48,414 bases of DNA. Origin: Chiloscyllium plagiosum. Lineage: Eukaryota. The notes under the pieces are model-generated. The model worked only from the letters and a program-made list of their open reading frames with translations, did not search any database and had not been told where the DNA came from. The stretch lies in the NCBI RefSeq assembly GCF_004010195.1, contig NC_057750.1, positions 17,704,859 through 17,753,272 of the forward strand, given 5' to 3'. Position 1 is the first letter of the stretch, and each line of letters begins with the position of its first letter. A program made the translations under genes and the position numbers. Positions 35,656-47,732 of the stretch are shown here, in pieces.

Positions 35656-37072
35656 GAAGCAGAGAAACCAAGCTACAAATCTGACATACAATGCCCAGAG
35701 TCTCACATATGAGCAGCAAGTGGAATTGTTGCTCAACTCCACATGTACCAGGCCCAGTCTCACACACTCACAGGCTGGTTCACACATGCCAAAGCCATAA
35801 TTCAAGCACCTATGCAAATCCAGGCCTGTAATTTCCAGTCAGACCCAGCAACTCTGGTTTGAAGTGTTCCAGTGGTCAGATGGTGAGATTTGTAATCATG
35901 TGACGGTTGGTCATGTGACACGTTTGAACAGAAAAAGCTCCCTTTTACGATAAAATGTGTCTTCCACATCCAACTGAACTTGGTTTAATATCCCAAACGG
36001 AGCAACTCTTTGCAAATGAAAATCCAGCAAGGGTCTCCCAGGGAACCAGGCTGCATCTTCAGTTCAGCTCGTGAATGCCTGCTATCGTTCATACGTTTGC
36101 AGTCACTTAACTGCGATAATCTTGATGAAATCAGGTTTGGGAGGCGATATTTACTGCACTACAAAATGAAAATGTATTTTTCAGGCATCAATTCATGGTG
36201 GGGTGATGACCTTGTGATATTAGACCATAAGACAGGAGCAGAAATTAGGCCATTTGGCTCATTCAGTGGCAGAGCAGACTCAATCATAACCAATAGGTTT
36301 TTCAACCCATTCTCCCACTTTCTCCACATTAGCTTTAATCCCTTGGGATTCAAGAACTTATCTATCTCAGCCTTAAATATACTCAATGACCTGACATCCA
36401 CAGCCTTCTGTGGCAATGAATTCCACAGATTTTAGCTCATCTCCATCTTCCCTTTATTGCAAGGCTGTGTCCTTGTCTCTCCTGCCAATGGAAACATCTC
36501 CCTAACGTCCACTCTGTCCAGGCCATTCCGTATTCTACAAGTTTCAGATACCCCGCTCCCCCATCCTTCTAAACTCTGTCAAGTCCTAGAGTCCTCAAAC
36601 ATTCCTCATATGTTGAAGCTTTTCAACCCTGGGATTATTCTTGTGAACCTCCTCTGGTCCCACTCCAGGGTCAATACGTCTTTCCTGAGGGATGGGGCCC
36701 AAAATTGTCCCTAAACTATCACACCAGAGACTCAGATAATGATCGGGAGACCCAGATTTAAATCGTGCCTGGCAGATGGCAGGATCTGAGTCAATAAACG
36801 ATGACCATGAAACCATTGTCGATTGTCCATGCGACTCCAGATCACAGCAATGTGGGTGACTCTTAATTAGGGTCAGGCTATAAATGCTGGCTTATCCTTT
36901 TAGGATAAAAAAGTGTCACATGACCAACTATCACATGATTATAGGTCTTACCAACTGCCTGGGAATGAACGTAAATTTTTTTTTAAAATTGGCAAGACTG
37001 GGTTGCAACTTGAGCCAACTGTTTCAGCTAATACTGACTGGTAGGAAAAAACAGACAATACTTTATTTTTGG

Positions 37073-37230
37073 TAAAAACAATGACTGCAGATGCTGGAAA
37101 CCAGATTCTGGATTAGAGTGGTGCTGGAAAAGCACAGCAGGTCAGGCAGCATCCGAGGAGCAGGAAAATCGACAAAAGTCATTCATCAGGAATGAGGCTG
37201 GGAGCCTCAAGGGTGGAGAGATAAATGGCT
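37073..37230 (-). mobile_element. Penelope-derived terminal fragment
   Basis: taaaaacaatgactgcagatgctggaaaccagattctggattagagtggtgctggaaaagc is the same arm as at 33592; includes ttcatcaggaat (CTGATGA on the minus strand). Confidence 0.75.
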
Positions 37231-38169
37231 TCTGGGGTTACCAGCTCAGTGACATAACCACTGTGTCACCACTGTATGGCAACATTGAATAGAATGAGCT
37301 TTTGTAAACCTTTCCAGTGATAACTTTGTGCATAACACCCAAGTGTGATTACACATTATTGAGGTTTATGAGCCAATTGTTAAACCTATCATTGGTTAAG
37401 TTTGAAGAAAAAAAAATAACATTTTAAAATAAATCACATTTCTACTTTTACCAATTTGTTTCTCAAAATTAGGTGACACTGGGTTTGGCATGTTCCAGTC
37501 TCTCAAATCACAGGAGAGTAATCCAAAAGTAGGGACACAGCAAGCGTCTGTTCTTTCAGCTGTGCCTTCACAGGTTTGAGGAAATAGTCACAGGCTGATC
37601 TGATGACTCACATTCCAAGAAAACATATTTGAGTCAAGCATAATTGCACTTTCAGTGTCCTGACCCCACCCTCCAAACTAAATGGCTGCATTGTTGCTGT
37701 AAGTTACAAAATTTCAAGTTGTTAAAATGACAGGAGTACATTGGCAGGGTGAACGACAAGCAGCATAAGTGGGTGGCCCGCTCCCAAATCTCTACTTAAC
37801 AACAAGTCAGAGGTGCCATTTTCTTAAATTTAAAATTCAGTTATGAAACAGGGGTGTGACTGGCTACTCTAACATTTGTTGCCCAAACCGAATTGTCCAG
37901 AGGGATGTAAGAGTTAAACACAATGCTGTGGGTCTAGAATCACACTTGGGCCAGAACAGGGAATGGTGGCAGCTTCCTACCCCAGAAGTTATTAGTGAAT
38001 GATAAGAGTGTTTAATGACACTAACAGAACACCATTAGGCCAGGTTTTAATCCAGATTTCTACTGGGTTCAAACTTCATTGTCTACCAAGGTAGGATTCA
38101 AACCAATGTACTCAGAATGCTAAACTCGATTACTAAGCGAGAGACACACACGCACAGAGAAACCACTTG

Positions 38170-38841
38170 CAATCACAGAAGCATCCAGTGACCATAAGGC
38201 TGGCTTCCTGTTGCTCAGCCAATTTTGGATTCAAGTCACTAGCAGTATCTGACGGGATCTCATTTTTCTGAATAAACTGTCATGCGACCTCATCAAAAAC
38301 CTTACTAAAATTCACAATGGTAACAGCGACAGTACTATCTTCATTGTTACTTCCTCAAAAAGTATGATTCAGTTAATAAGATACAATCTTCTGTTAGAAC
38401 TGTGGTGGGAGGAATGTGCTGATAATCAACTTCCACGACTGCCTTGGTCACACCATCAATACAAATATTTTGACTCAATCACCAAAACGATCAAAATGGA
38501 AAGAGAGAGCCAGAGTGCGCAAGAGCGAACTTCCAATCACAGAAACATCCATCGACCGTAAGCCTAATTCCCTGTTGCTGAGCCAATTTTGGATTCAACT
38601 CACCACCAATATCCCATGGGATCTCACTTTTCTGATTAAACTGTCATGTGTAAAAAAAACTTAGTAAAATTCACAGTGACAACAGTTACAGTATTGTGTT
38701 CATCAATCTTCCTTGTTACTTCCTCAAAAAGTATGATTCAGTTAATAAGATACAATTTTCTGTTAGAACTGTGGTGGGAGGAACGTGCTGATAATCAAGC
38801 CCCACGACTGCCTCGGTCACATCATTAATACAAATACTTTG
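38170..38841. repeat. Local tandem duplication, ~364-bp period, partly CR1-like sequence
   Basis: Units start caatcacagaa at 38170 and 38534. Near-identical short ORFs MIQLIRYN.LLELWWEE.ADNQ.PRLP.SHH appear twice. Confidence 0.85.
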
Positions 38842-39189
38842 GTTTGGTCTTGGGGCAGGGGGCAATAGAGGGGGAGACGGAGGGAGAGGAATGCTTCCCT
38901 TTATGGAAGGCCATTTAAAAATTAGAAGCCTCCCATCTGGATAAAAGGTGAGGGGGAATGTCTTCTCAGAGAGGCATCAGTTTAAGAAAAAGCAAAGTGA
39001 CACGGTGTCCCTGAATCCGATTGGCCATGATCTTACTGAATGGTGGGACAGGCGAAGACCTGTGAACACCTCCAGCAGCTCCTAGTCCTCGTGTCAGCCT
39101 CTTGAGCAGCCTTGACTGATGTTCCTCTCCAAATTCTCTCCTCTTTAAAACCTTGGCGGGCGGTACAACCGAAGGACCCTTTACCAATA

Positions 39190-39495
39190 GGGGGCAGCAC
39201 AGTGGTTAGCACTGCTCCCTCAGTGCCAGGGACCCAGGTTCAATTCACCTTTGGGCGACTGTGTGGAATTTGCACATTCTCCCCACGTCTGTATGGGTTT
39301 CCTCTGGGTGCTCCAGTTTCCTCCCACAGTCCAAAGATGTGCAGGTCAGGTGAATTGGCCAGGCGAAGTTGCCCATAGTGTTAGGTGCATTAGTCAGGGG
39401 TGAATGTAGGGGAATGGGTCTGGGTGGGTTGCTCTTCAGAGAGTCAGTGTGGACTTGTTGGGCCAAAGGGCCTGTTTCCATATTCTAATCTAATA
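39190..39495 (+). mobile_element. HE1-like SINE
   Basis: Head-body-tail similarity, tctaatctaa tail. Confidence 0.85.
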
Positions 39496-39794
39496 TGTCA
39501 CCTGCTTTAAACACAAGCTCAAGTTTAAACCTCAGCCAATATTCAATGTGTAATCGAGTTCGATGAAAGTAAACACTGAGTCTCCCAGGTGCAGGGGAGG
39601 TACAATGAAACAAGACATTATCACCCAAATTTATAATTCACAACGGAGAGTGTCAACTCCCCTGCTCTTCTGATGCTGCTTGACCTGCTGTGCCTTTTCC
39701 AGCTCCACATTTGATCGACTGTGCCCGACAGAGGGTAAACACAAAAAGTTCAGAACAGCTCATAAACAGGTGAACATGTCCCTGTAACACTTAC

Positions 39795-39887
39795 ATCTCC
39801 AGCCAGCTGCTTGAAGACCGCTCGAAACCTTCGCTCCTCCTCGTTCTCGTAGGACTCAATCTGAGAAACATGGCGGGGTTGTTCGGC
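39795..39887 (-). CDS. CAPNS1: Calpain small subunit 1 exon (AEQPRHVSQIESYENEEERRFRAVFKQLAGD)
   Basis: 93 nt, tag/gtaagt boundaries, phase 0-0; similar to human PRTHYSNIEANESEEVRQFRRLFAQLAGD. Confidence 0.94.
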
Positions 39888-40709
39888 CTAGGAAACAGGC
39901 AACAGATGGTTAGTAAAACCCGAAAGACAGGCCCTTCGTAGGGCTGTCAAAACAAACAGACTAGAATGTTCTCATCTAGAATGTTCTCTCTCATTGAGTT
40001 TTGACAGAGGCATTTAGAGCTGGTTTTAAAATGGACAGATATAATACAAGAGGCTCGGGAATGGTGCTTGCCAACTCTGGTTTGACAGGGTCCTGTAGGT
40101 AATCACATGACCTGCTCACAAGCACCCAGTTGAAGCTATCTGGTTTTAAAAATGTGAACAGGAATCCTAGGGGCATCACATGCTACAGATTATCACTCAT
40201 TAACTCCTGAACTATCCCAAGGATTGTCCACCTTGACACATGACAGTGGACCAGTAAATGTTCAGGCCGTTTGCAAACAGCAGATTGCCTGGAGAGTGAG
40301 GGAGGGAAGCAATAAAGATTTTCCAGATCAAGACGGCGTGAAGAGAGCACACGTTTCAATAGACAGGAGGAAGCACATTTGGGACAAAATTATTTAAAAG
40401 ACAGGAGAGAAATAAATGATAATTTCATAACCTATAAAATAATAACCACAGTATCCAACAGAATAGTAAATAATCCCTGTATCTCAATCTCCTCTTACAC
40501 AAGAGCACGATATATCTTCCAATTACCCACTTTCCTGCTAACAAAAAAAACAATTTCCCCACCTCGTTCGATCAGAACTATTCATTTTTCCTCTAGCCAA
40601 TCACCTTAACCTTCTCAGCACCAAGAATAATCCTGGTACCCGGCACCAGATTGACCTCCAGGGCGGGGGGGGGGGCACGGGCGCCAGACGGCCAGTGGAC
40701 AGTCTTTTG

Positions 40710-41005
40710 GGTTCAGCAGGAAAAAAAAAAGATAAACAGGAGGGTCAGAGGTTCTGTTCACTCCGAGACCTGGCTCTGAGGGAGCTGGACCAGTGTCAAG
40801 GACTGTTCATGTGGAAGTAAAGGGGGTGACTGGTGACAGGATACCAGTATCTGGGGAGTTATTTCAGTGGTGACGAGAGAAAGGTACACTCCTGGAGAAA
40901 TTCACTCAACAGTCATCGCTGAGTAGGGGTAAACATTTCTGGCATCATACAATTATTTGAGAAGCTTAATTCATTAGACCCTGCCATCACAGACCAGACC
41001 CAGTA
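40710..41005 (+). mobile_element. Probable Gypsy-type LTR retrotransposon remnant (LTR end, PBS, decayed gag start)
   Basis: ...ttatttCA (40866) then TGGTGACGAG (40868), resembling the TGGCGACGAG PBS. A downstream stretch resembles a decayed LFGKLD.FDP-type gag start. Confidence 0.5.
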
Positions 41006-42251
41006 AAAAGAAAAAAAGAAAACAATAAAGAACAATCCTGGTTTCCCCATGTGGCTGAAGGAAAAGGCAGCTTAGCACCATTGTGCTGTCTTTCTACAAT
41101 TCCCAATGGAACCCATGTTTGGGTGGAACCCTGTCTTCCTCATATCTCCCTATGCGCAGTCTATCATGCCCTTTCTGCGAATCTTGGCTGCAGTTTGTTA
41201 ATTGATGAATGAAAGGACTCACCAACATGAAATGAGATGCTTCCCTGAATAGTTGATGTCATTACACTCTAACACAGAATTCACATAGCACAGTGCAAAC
41301 CCTTAGGCAACTGTACTCCTCGTTAATGGCATTATGGGTCTACACCACATGGACGGCAGTGCTTCAAGATGGCAGTTCACAGCCACTTTAAGGGCATCTA
41401 GAGATGGCAAGCAATTGCTGGCCCACCCAGTGATGACCACATCCCATTTAGAACTTTCTTTTAAAAAAAAAAATTCAGTGTCACTGTTAAACATGTATTT
41501 GTAAAGGTTGGGTTCGGTTTATTTTGCCATTAGACTAGGGGACACGCACACTGTCGCTTCTACATTCAAGTGAACAAATTGGCTTGACACGAGACTAACA
41601 ATAATCATTCAGACCTTAACCAAAATTGCACGTTCCTATCTCCACTAACCCTATCAGGCTTCAACTGCCTCCTCTGCAAAACAAGCCTCAGTGAACTTAA
41701 AATAAATAAATAAACAGCAAACTTCAGTAAATGAGATTCCTAACTTCCAATGGGGAGAATTGAGTGATACTTTTAAATCAATATAGTTATATTTAATGAA
41801 ATACTTTTGAAAAAGTATCTCATGCACATAAGCCAGCTAGCTGTTCCTAGCATACTTCCAGCCAGATATTTGTATGGTCCCAGATATTGCTTCCACATCT
41901 AGACATCAGAAAACTCTTGAAGGCATTACCTCATGCTGAGACATGCATTCACAGCCACTAGTTGTTCTACAACAGAATTCAACCAAGGAGTTATTCTTCC
42001 TGCCTCAATACGGGCACTCAGCATTGATGGCTTCAGTCGTACCGTACCATTCAATGGTCACTGGAGACAGGACAATGCAACCATCATCCTAGCTGACTCC
42101 TAGTGGGCTGCAGCAGTAAAGACAACTTGCTAAAACTCTAATCAAAAAGAGAATCTGGGGTCACTTTGAAACAAGTAATACATTTAACATTTAGTTTAAA
42201 TCAAATGCAGTTTTAATTGATTTAAAACCAAGGAAGATTCAAGATACTTAC

Positions 42252-42270
42252 TGGGCCAGCCACCATTTGT
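42252..42270 (-). CDS. CAPNS1: Probable 19-nt micro-exon of calpain small subunit (xQMVAGP)
   Basis: Strong pyrimidine tract ttctgctctttcttatgtttcgccctccag and donor gtaagt. Phase 2-to-0 matches the short exon before the ~90-nt exon in CAPNS1. Confidence 0.7.
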
Positions 42271-42439
42271 CTGGAGGGCGAAACATAAGAAAGAGCAGAA
42301 AAATAAAAATTAACATGTTGTAAACATGAAACATTTCCAAACAGATTTGAGATATGAAACTTTAACCAAAATTATTCAACCCAGAGTTCATGCTCCAGAC
42401 TATCAGTCTCCCATTCTTGGGACATTGTGCTTCAGCTTT

Positions 42440-42745
42440 ATTGAAACGTACAGCACAGACCCTTCGGTCCAACCCGACCAGACATCCCAACCCAATCTAG
42501 TCCCACCTGCCAGCACCCGGCCCATATCCCTCCAAACCCTCCCTATTCATGTACCCATCCAAATGCCTTTTAAATGTTGCAATTGTACCAGCCTCCACCA
42601 CTTCCTCTGGCAGCTCATTGAATACATGCACCACCCACTGCGTGAAAAATTTGCCCCTTAGGTCTCTTTTATATCTTTCCCCTCCACCCTAAACCTATGC
42701 CCTCTAGTTCTGGACTTCCTCACCCCAGGGAAAAGACCTTGTTTA
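42440..42745 (-). mobile_element. CR1/HER1 LINE 3' fragment
   Basis: Shared 3' UTR cccaacccaatctagtcccacctgccagcacc and WNELP-like region. Confidence 0.85.
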
Positions 42746-43434
42746 TTCCGAATAAACAACATTTCAAAGTCCTCAAGTATGCTACATTCTGTGGACAACC
42801 AGCCTCCAATAATCACTGTCAGAAACCTCTTCAATTTGCCTAAGTATGTTAACTCAGAAAGATCAGTACAGAAATACGTGCACTCAAGACCATCCTATTA
42901 CAAGTTTCATACAGCAGTTACTGAAATTGCTCTGAATTTTTTAAAAAATTAGTAATCTGAACCGTAGACATTTATAGAAGTAGGACAATAATTAAACACA
43001 TTTGGGATATATGCCTCACTGACCCCTCATCTAAGCATCCTGGTACACCCAAGAAACCAAACTAAAACCAGAACTACGGCTGCCAAAAATCTGGCAGAAA
43101 TAGCTGGAGAAACTCAGTAGTTTTGGGAGCATCTGTGGAGAGAAAATAGACTTAACATTTATGCCCCAATAACCTTTCAGTACTGAAACACTGACTGTGC
43201 TCTCTCTCCACAGATGGTACCTGACTTGTTGAGTTCCTGCAGTCACTTCTGTTTTTATTTCTGTATTTCAAGGATCTCTCTTCCGTAACAGTTACAATAC
43301 ATCAAAAAATGTTTTTACATCAAAATATTCTCTTATGTGCATCCTGTATTTCTAAGCTGCTAAGAAGTGGCCTTTTAAGTGTCATGAAGGAAGATGGTCA
43401 TTTTGTAAACATTGGTTCAAGTTACAGACTCATT

Positions 43435-44405
43435 TCTAACCTCTGGGACCTAGGTCTCAGCTCTCCGCTCGGTAACTCGACTTTCTGACCCTACAGACTT
43501 CAATCAGTAAGAATAAGCGACACCACTCCCTTTGCCATAATCCTTAACACTGGTGCCCTGCAAGGCTACATACTCAGCCCCCTACTGTACTCCTTATACA
43601 CTCACAGTGTGTTCAAATTCCACTCGGACTCCATTTGCAAGCTTGCTGATGACGCTGCCATTGCAGGTCGGGTCTCAAACAACGACAGAACAAAATACAG
43701 GAAAGAGATGGGAGTTCTTCAAAGGCATGGGGTGTAAAGATAACAATCTCTTCATCAACGTCAGCCAAACAAAGGAGCTGGTCATTGAGTGAAGGAAGTG
43801 GAGTGGAGTGGAGGGCACACCCCTGGCACTGAGGCGGAGATAGTCAACAGCGTCAGGTCCCTGGAGTGATGATCAGTTACAATCTGTCCTGGTCCAGCTA
43901 TGTCGACACAACGGTCAACAAAGCACAAAGTCTCTACTTCCTCAGGAGGCGAAGGAAATTCATATCTCCACAACGACTCTGATCAATATTTATTGATACA
44001 TCGTAGAAAGCGTCCTATCTCGATGCAACACAGCACGGGATGGCAACTGCTCTTCCCGAAACTGTAAGTAACGGCAGAGCATCACGAACAAGCCCAGTCC
44101 ATCAAGCAAACCAGCTTCCTATCCATTGACTCCACGTAGATTGCTTACTGCCTCGAGAAAGCAACCAATGATCTCTCTCACCCCAGACAGAAGATTGTGC
44201 AAGTTCAAATACACATATGAATAGATTCTTCCCTGCTGTTAGCATACTTTTGAGCTGACCTCTCAAATGTTACATCTGATCTCTCACTGACTGCACCCTT
44301 CTCTGTGGCTGTATTCTGCATTCTATTCTGTTACCCTGATGCACTTCATATGGTACAAACTGCCTGTACAGAATGCAAAACACCTTTCACATGTGGCAAC
44401 AAGTT
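43435..44405 (+). mobile_element. Degraded Rex1/Babar-like LINE, 3' part
   Basis: Translates to ILNTGALQGYILSPLLYSLYTH..CKLADD..NNLFINVSQTKELVI, a Rex/Babar-style RT. Confidence 0.7.
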
Positions 44406-44725
44406 AATTTAAGTGTTATTTGGTGAAGTAAATTTCCAGATTAGAAGTTTCTTGTTAAGATCTACATTGCAAGGCAGACTCCTTTGGAGGGTCTAGATAC
44501 TCTGACTTGTGTCTTTGCTCCAGTCTTTAACTGGTGGGGCTCAGGAGTGTGGGGTGGGCATGGTTTAGAGTGAGGGCTGTCTTTTTACCTCACAAATGAC
44601 ACTTGAAGTGGAACATGAACCCATTGATATACAGATGGTCAACACTCAACAGTATAGGCAATGTGGCAAATTTTGATGCATTTAAACTTGCTATGAGTAA
44701 AATGTAATAATACGTAAAGATAACA

Positions 44726-45048
44726 TTTAGATTAGATTAGATTCCCTACAGTGTGGGAACAGGCCCTTCGGCCCAACCAGTCCACACCGACCCTGCGAAG
44801 AATAACCCACCCAGACCCATTTCTCTCTGACTAATGCACCTAACACAATGGGCAATTTAGCATGGCCAATTCACCTAACCTGCATATCTTTGGACTGTGG
44901 GAGGAAACCGCAGCACCCGGAGGAAACCCACACAGACACGGGGAGAATGTGCAGACTCCACACAGACAGTCACCCGAGGCTGGAATTGAACATGGGATCC
45001 TGGTGCTGTAAGGCAGCATTGCTAACCATTGAGCCACTGTGCCGCCCC
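44726..45048 (-). mobile_element. HE1-like SINE, full length
   Basis: (ttaga)n tail and complete reverse-complement head. Confidence 0.9.
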
Positions 45049-45787
45049 TGATCTCATTTAAGAGAATGTTAGTTTCATTTGCAAAAGGTAGCAGGATAGG
45101 AGGTGAGATGATTATTTTTCCTCTGAACATGAGTGAAGCCCAGTGGTACAACTGCCCATTCTGTTGGCCGGTTGTTCAGACTCTAGTGACAGGGAGAGGT
45201 TGCGAGGGAAAGAAAATAAAAGGGTGAAATAGGAGATAATTCAAAAATAAACTGTGCACAGTGAACCAGAAATTGTTGAGAAAATTCAGCAGATCTGGAA
45301 GGAAAGTAGAGTTAACATTTCAGGTCCAGCAACCCTTCTTCAGAACGGATTGTAACCAGGAAAATGATGGTATATATGCTGAAGATGGCGTTGTGAAGGT
45401 GGTGCAGTCTAGGAGATGAGTAAACAATAGATGGAGGCAGAGAATGAGAAAAAGAATGAACAACAGTGGGTCAGAGAAAGGAATGGGTCAAAATCAGCCT
45501 GGGGAAATCGATAGCTGCTAATGGCGACCATTAGTAACCGGCAATGTGCCGTGCGTGGTAGCAGGCCATGTGATGATAAGGCCTGGTGTGGTGAGGTTAG
45601 GCTAAGGACATGGGAGAAGGTGCTCAGGCCCGAAAATTAATAAACTCCAATACTGAGCCCCAAAGACTGCAGAGGCCCCTAGTCTAAAATAAGATGTTGC
45701 TCTTCTGCTGTGATTATAATTCAGAGCTGGAAATGTGTTGCTGGAAAAGCGCAGCAGGTCAGGCAGCATCCAGGGAACAGGAGAATC

Positions 45788-45815
45788 GACGTTTCGGGCA
45801 TAAGCCCTTCTTCAG
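45788..45815 (-). ncRNA. Minimal hammerhead ribozyme-like core
   Basis: CUGAAGA-A-GGGC(UUAU)GCCC-GAAAC-GUC on the minus strand, which is the sense of the host pre-mRNA. Helix I is very short. Confidence 0.6.
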
Positions 45816-45836
45816 GAAGGGCATAAGCCCTTCTTT

Positions 45837-45864
45837 CTGAAGAAGGGCTTATGCCCGAAACGTC
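45837..45864 (+). ncRNA. Minimal hammerhead ribozyme-like core
   Basis: CUGAAGA-A-GGGC(UUAU)GCCC-GAAAC-GUC on the plus strand. Confidence 0.6.
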
Positions 45865-46344
45865 GATTCTCCTGTTCCCTGGATGCTGCCTGACCTGCTG
45901 CGCTTTTCCAGCAACACATTTTCAGCTCTGATCTCCAGCATCTGCAGTCCTCACTTTCTCCTCAGTGATTATAATTCAGCCCACTTTTCAATTCAGAGAT
46001 CGCCACTCGGGATCAACTGGTCAAACCTGAAATTCCGTAGAAACCTAACAACGCAGTAAATCTCCAGGGTGGGGACAAAGTAGAGGAGGGTAAAGTACTT
46101 AAAAAAGTGATTTGCCTACTCCCTCAGTTTGGCAGTGGTGAGTTACCCACCCCACACCCTGCCAACTGTCTGACCTGCTCTCTAGAAATGGATCTTCAAC
46201 CAAGGGTATCTGCTAACTGAGTAAACTGCATAGCTCAAACTGAGATGGCAATGGTCTTTAACAGGGAGGGAGACGACGGGCAGGGTCAGTGGTTCAAATC
46301 ACACTCCAGTACATCTCGGGTGAGCTTTTATGGTGAAAAGCAGG

Positions 46345-47226
46345 AGTCATAGAATCATAGAGTAATAGATGTACAGCATGGAAACAGACCCTTTGGTCCA
46401 ACCTGTCCATGCCGACCAGATATCCCAACCCAATCTAGTCCCACCTGCCAGCACCCAGCCCATATCCCTCCAAACCCTTCCTATTCATAGACCCATCCAA
46501 ATGCCTCTTAAATATTGCAATTGTACCAGCCTCCACCACTTCTTCTGGCAGCTCATTCCATACACGTACCACCCTCTCCATGAAAAGGTNNNNNNNNNNN
46601 NNNNNNNNNNNNNNNNNNNNNNNNNNNNNNNNNNNNNNNNNNNNNNNNNNNNNNNNNNNNNNNNNNNNNNNNNNNNNNNNNNNNNNNNNNNNNNNNNNNN
46701 NNNNNNNNNNNNNNNNNNNNNNNNNNNNNNNNNNNNNNNNNNNNNNNNNNNNNNNNNNNNNNNNNNNATACTCTGACCAATAAAGGAAAGCATACCAAAT
46801 GCCACCTTCACTATCCTATCTACCTGCGACTCCACTTTCAAGGAGCTATGAACCTGCACTCCAAGGTCTCTTTGTTCAGCAACACTCCCTAAGACCTTAC
46901 CATTAAGGTGTATAAGTCCTGCTAAGATTTGCTTTCCCAAAATGCAGCACCTCTCATTTATCTGAATTAAACTCCATCTGCCACTTCTCAGCCCATAGGA
47001 TCTGGACCAGATGGGTCAGTTGTAATCTGAGGTAACCCTCTTTGCTACCCACTACACCTCCAATTTTGGTGTCATCTGCAAACTTACTAACTGTACCTCT
47101 TATGATCGCATTCAAATCATTTATGTAAATGACAAAAAGTAGAGGACCCAGCACTGATCCTTGTGGCACTCCACTGGTCACAGGCCTCCAGTCTGAAAAA
47201 CAACCCTCCACCACCACCCTCTGTCT
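46345..47226 (-). mobile_element. CR1/HER1 LINE, 5'-truncated, spanning an assembly gap
   Basis: SGVPQGSVLGPLLFVIYINDL..SKFADDTKI..WAEKWQMEFN in ORF 46954..47292. Confidence 0.93.
46590..46767. other. Assembly gap (N run)
   Basis: Run of n inside a CR1 copy. Confidence 1.
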
Positions 47227-47585
47227 CAGAAGGAATTGAAGAAATCCTCTCCCCCACCCTTGCCCTGACAATGGGAGAGGTCTGGAACGCACTGTCGAGG
47301 AGGGGAGTTGTGATGGGTAACCTCACAACCTTAAACTAATGGTATTTGGATGGGTACTTGAAATTCAAGGCTACAGAGCTAGTTGCTGGAAAGTGGGACC
47401 AGTGTAAGTCACCAGGATATTACCTAGGCTGGAAGGTAATGTACCATCTGGAGAGATTGAGATAGTTTTCCTTAATTAGAGACTAAAAAAAAAATAACCT
47501 GCAGGTGCTGGAATCTAAAACAGACAGGCAGCATTTGGAGGTACAGCCCCGAGGAAGGGTTACACCCGAAATGTTGACTTCTCCA

Positions 47586-47732
47586 CCTCCTGATGCTGCC
47601 TGTCTTGCTGTTTACCCCCAACCTCCTGCCTGTCCCTCCTGATGCTGCCTGCCTTGCTGTGTACCCCCAGCCTCCTGCCTGTCCCTCCTGATGCTGCCTG
47701 CCTTGCTGTGTTCCCCCAGCCTCCTGCCTGTC
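47586..47732. repeat. 3 x 49-bp minisatellite within a Penelope-derived arm
   Basis: Units start cctcctgatgctgcctg at 47586, 47635 and 47684, preceded by gaagggttacacccgaaatgttgac. Confidence 0.85.

Larger units (their letters stand above)
45725..45964. mobile_element. Young palindromic Penelope-derived insertion with 15-bp TSD and hammerhead cores on both strands
   Basis: Near-perfect ~95-bp inverted arms. gtgattataattcag at 45710-45724 and 45965-45979. Confidence 0.9.

Noticed and set aside
34775..35767. Long ORFs of 212-405 aa around 34.3-35.8 kb and similar ORFs at 46.4-46.9 kb
   Set aside because: Their length is an artefact of translating through N gaps inside CR1 copies.
10559..39887. 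CAPN3 or another calpain large-subunit C-terminus
   Set aside because: The exon sizes are shared across the family, but MVAVMD, ELPGAFEAAG, CLVRLDAM and LQLTMYS are small-subunit signatures, and no protease or C2-like exons are seen.
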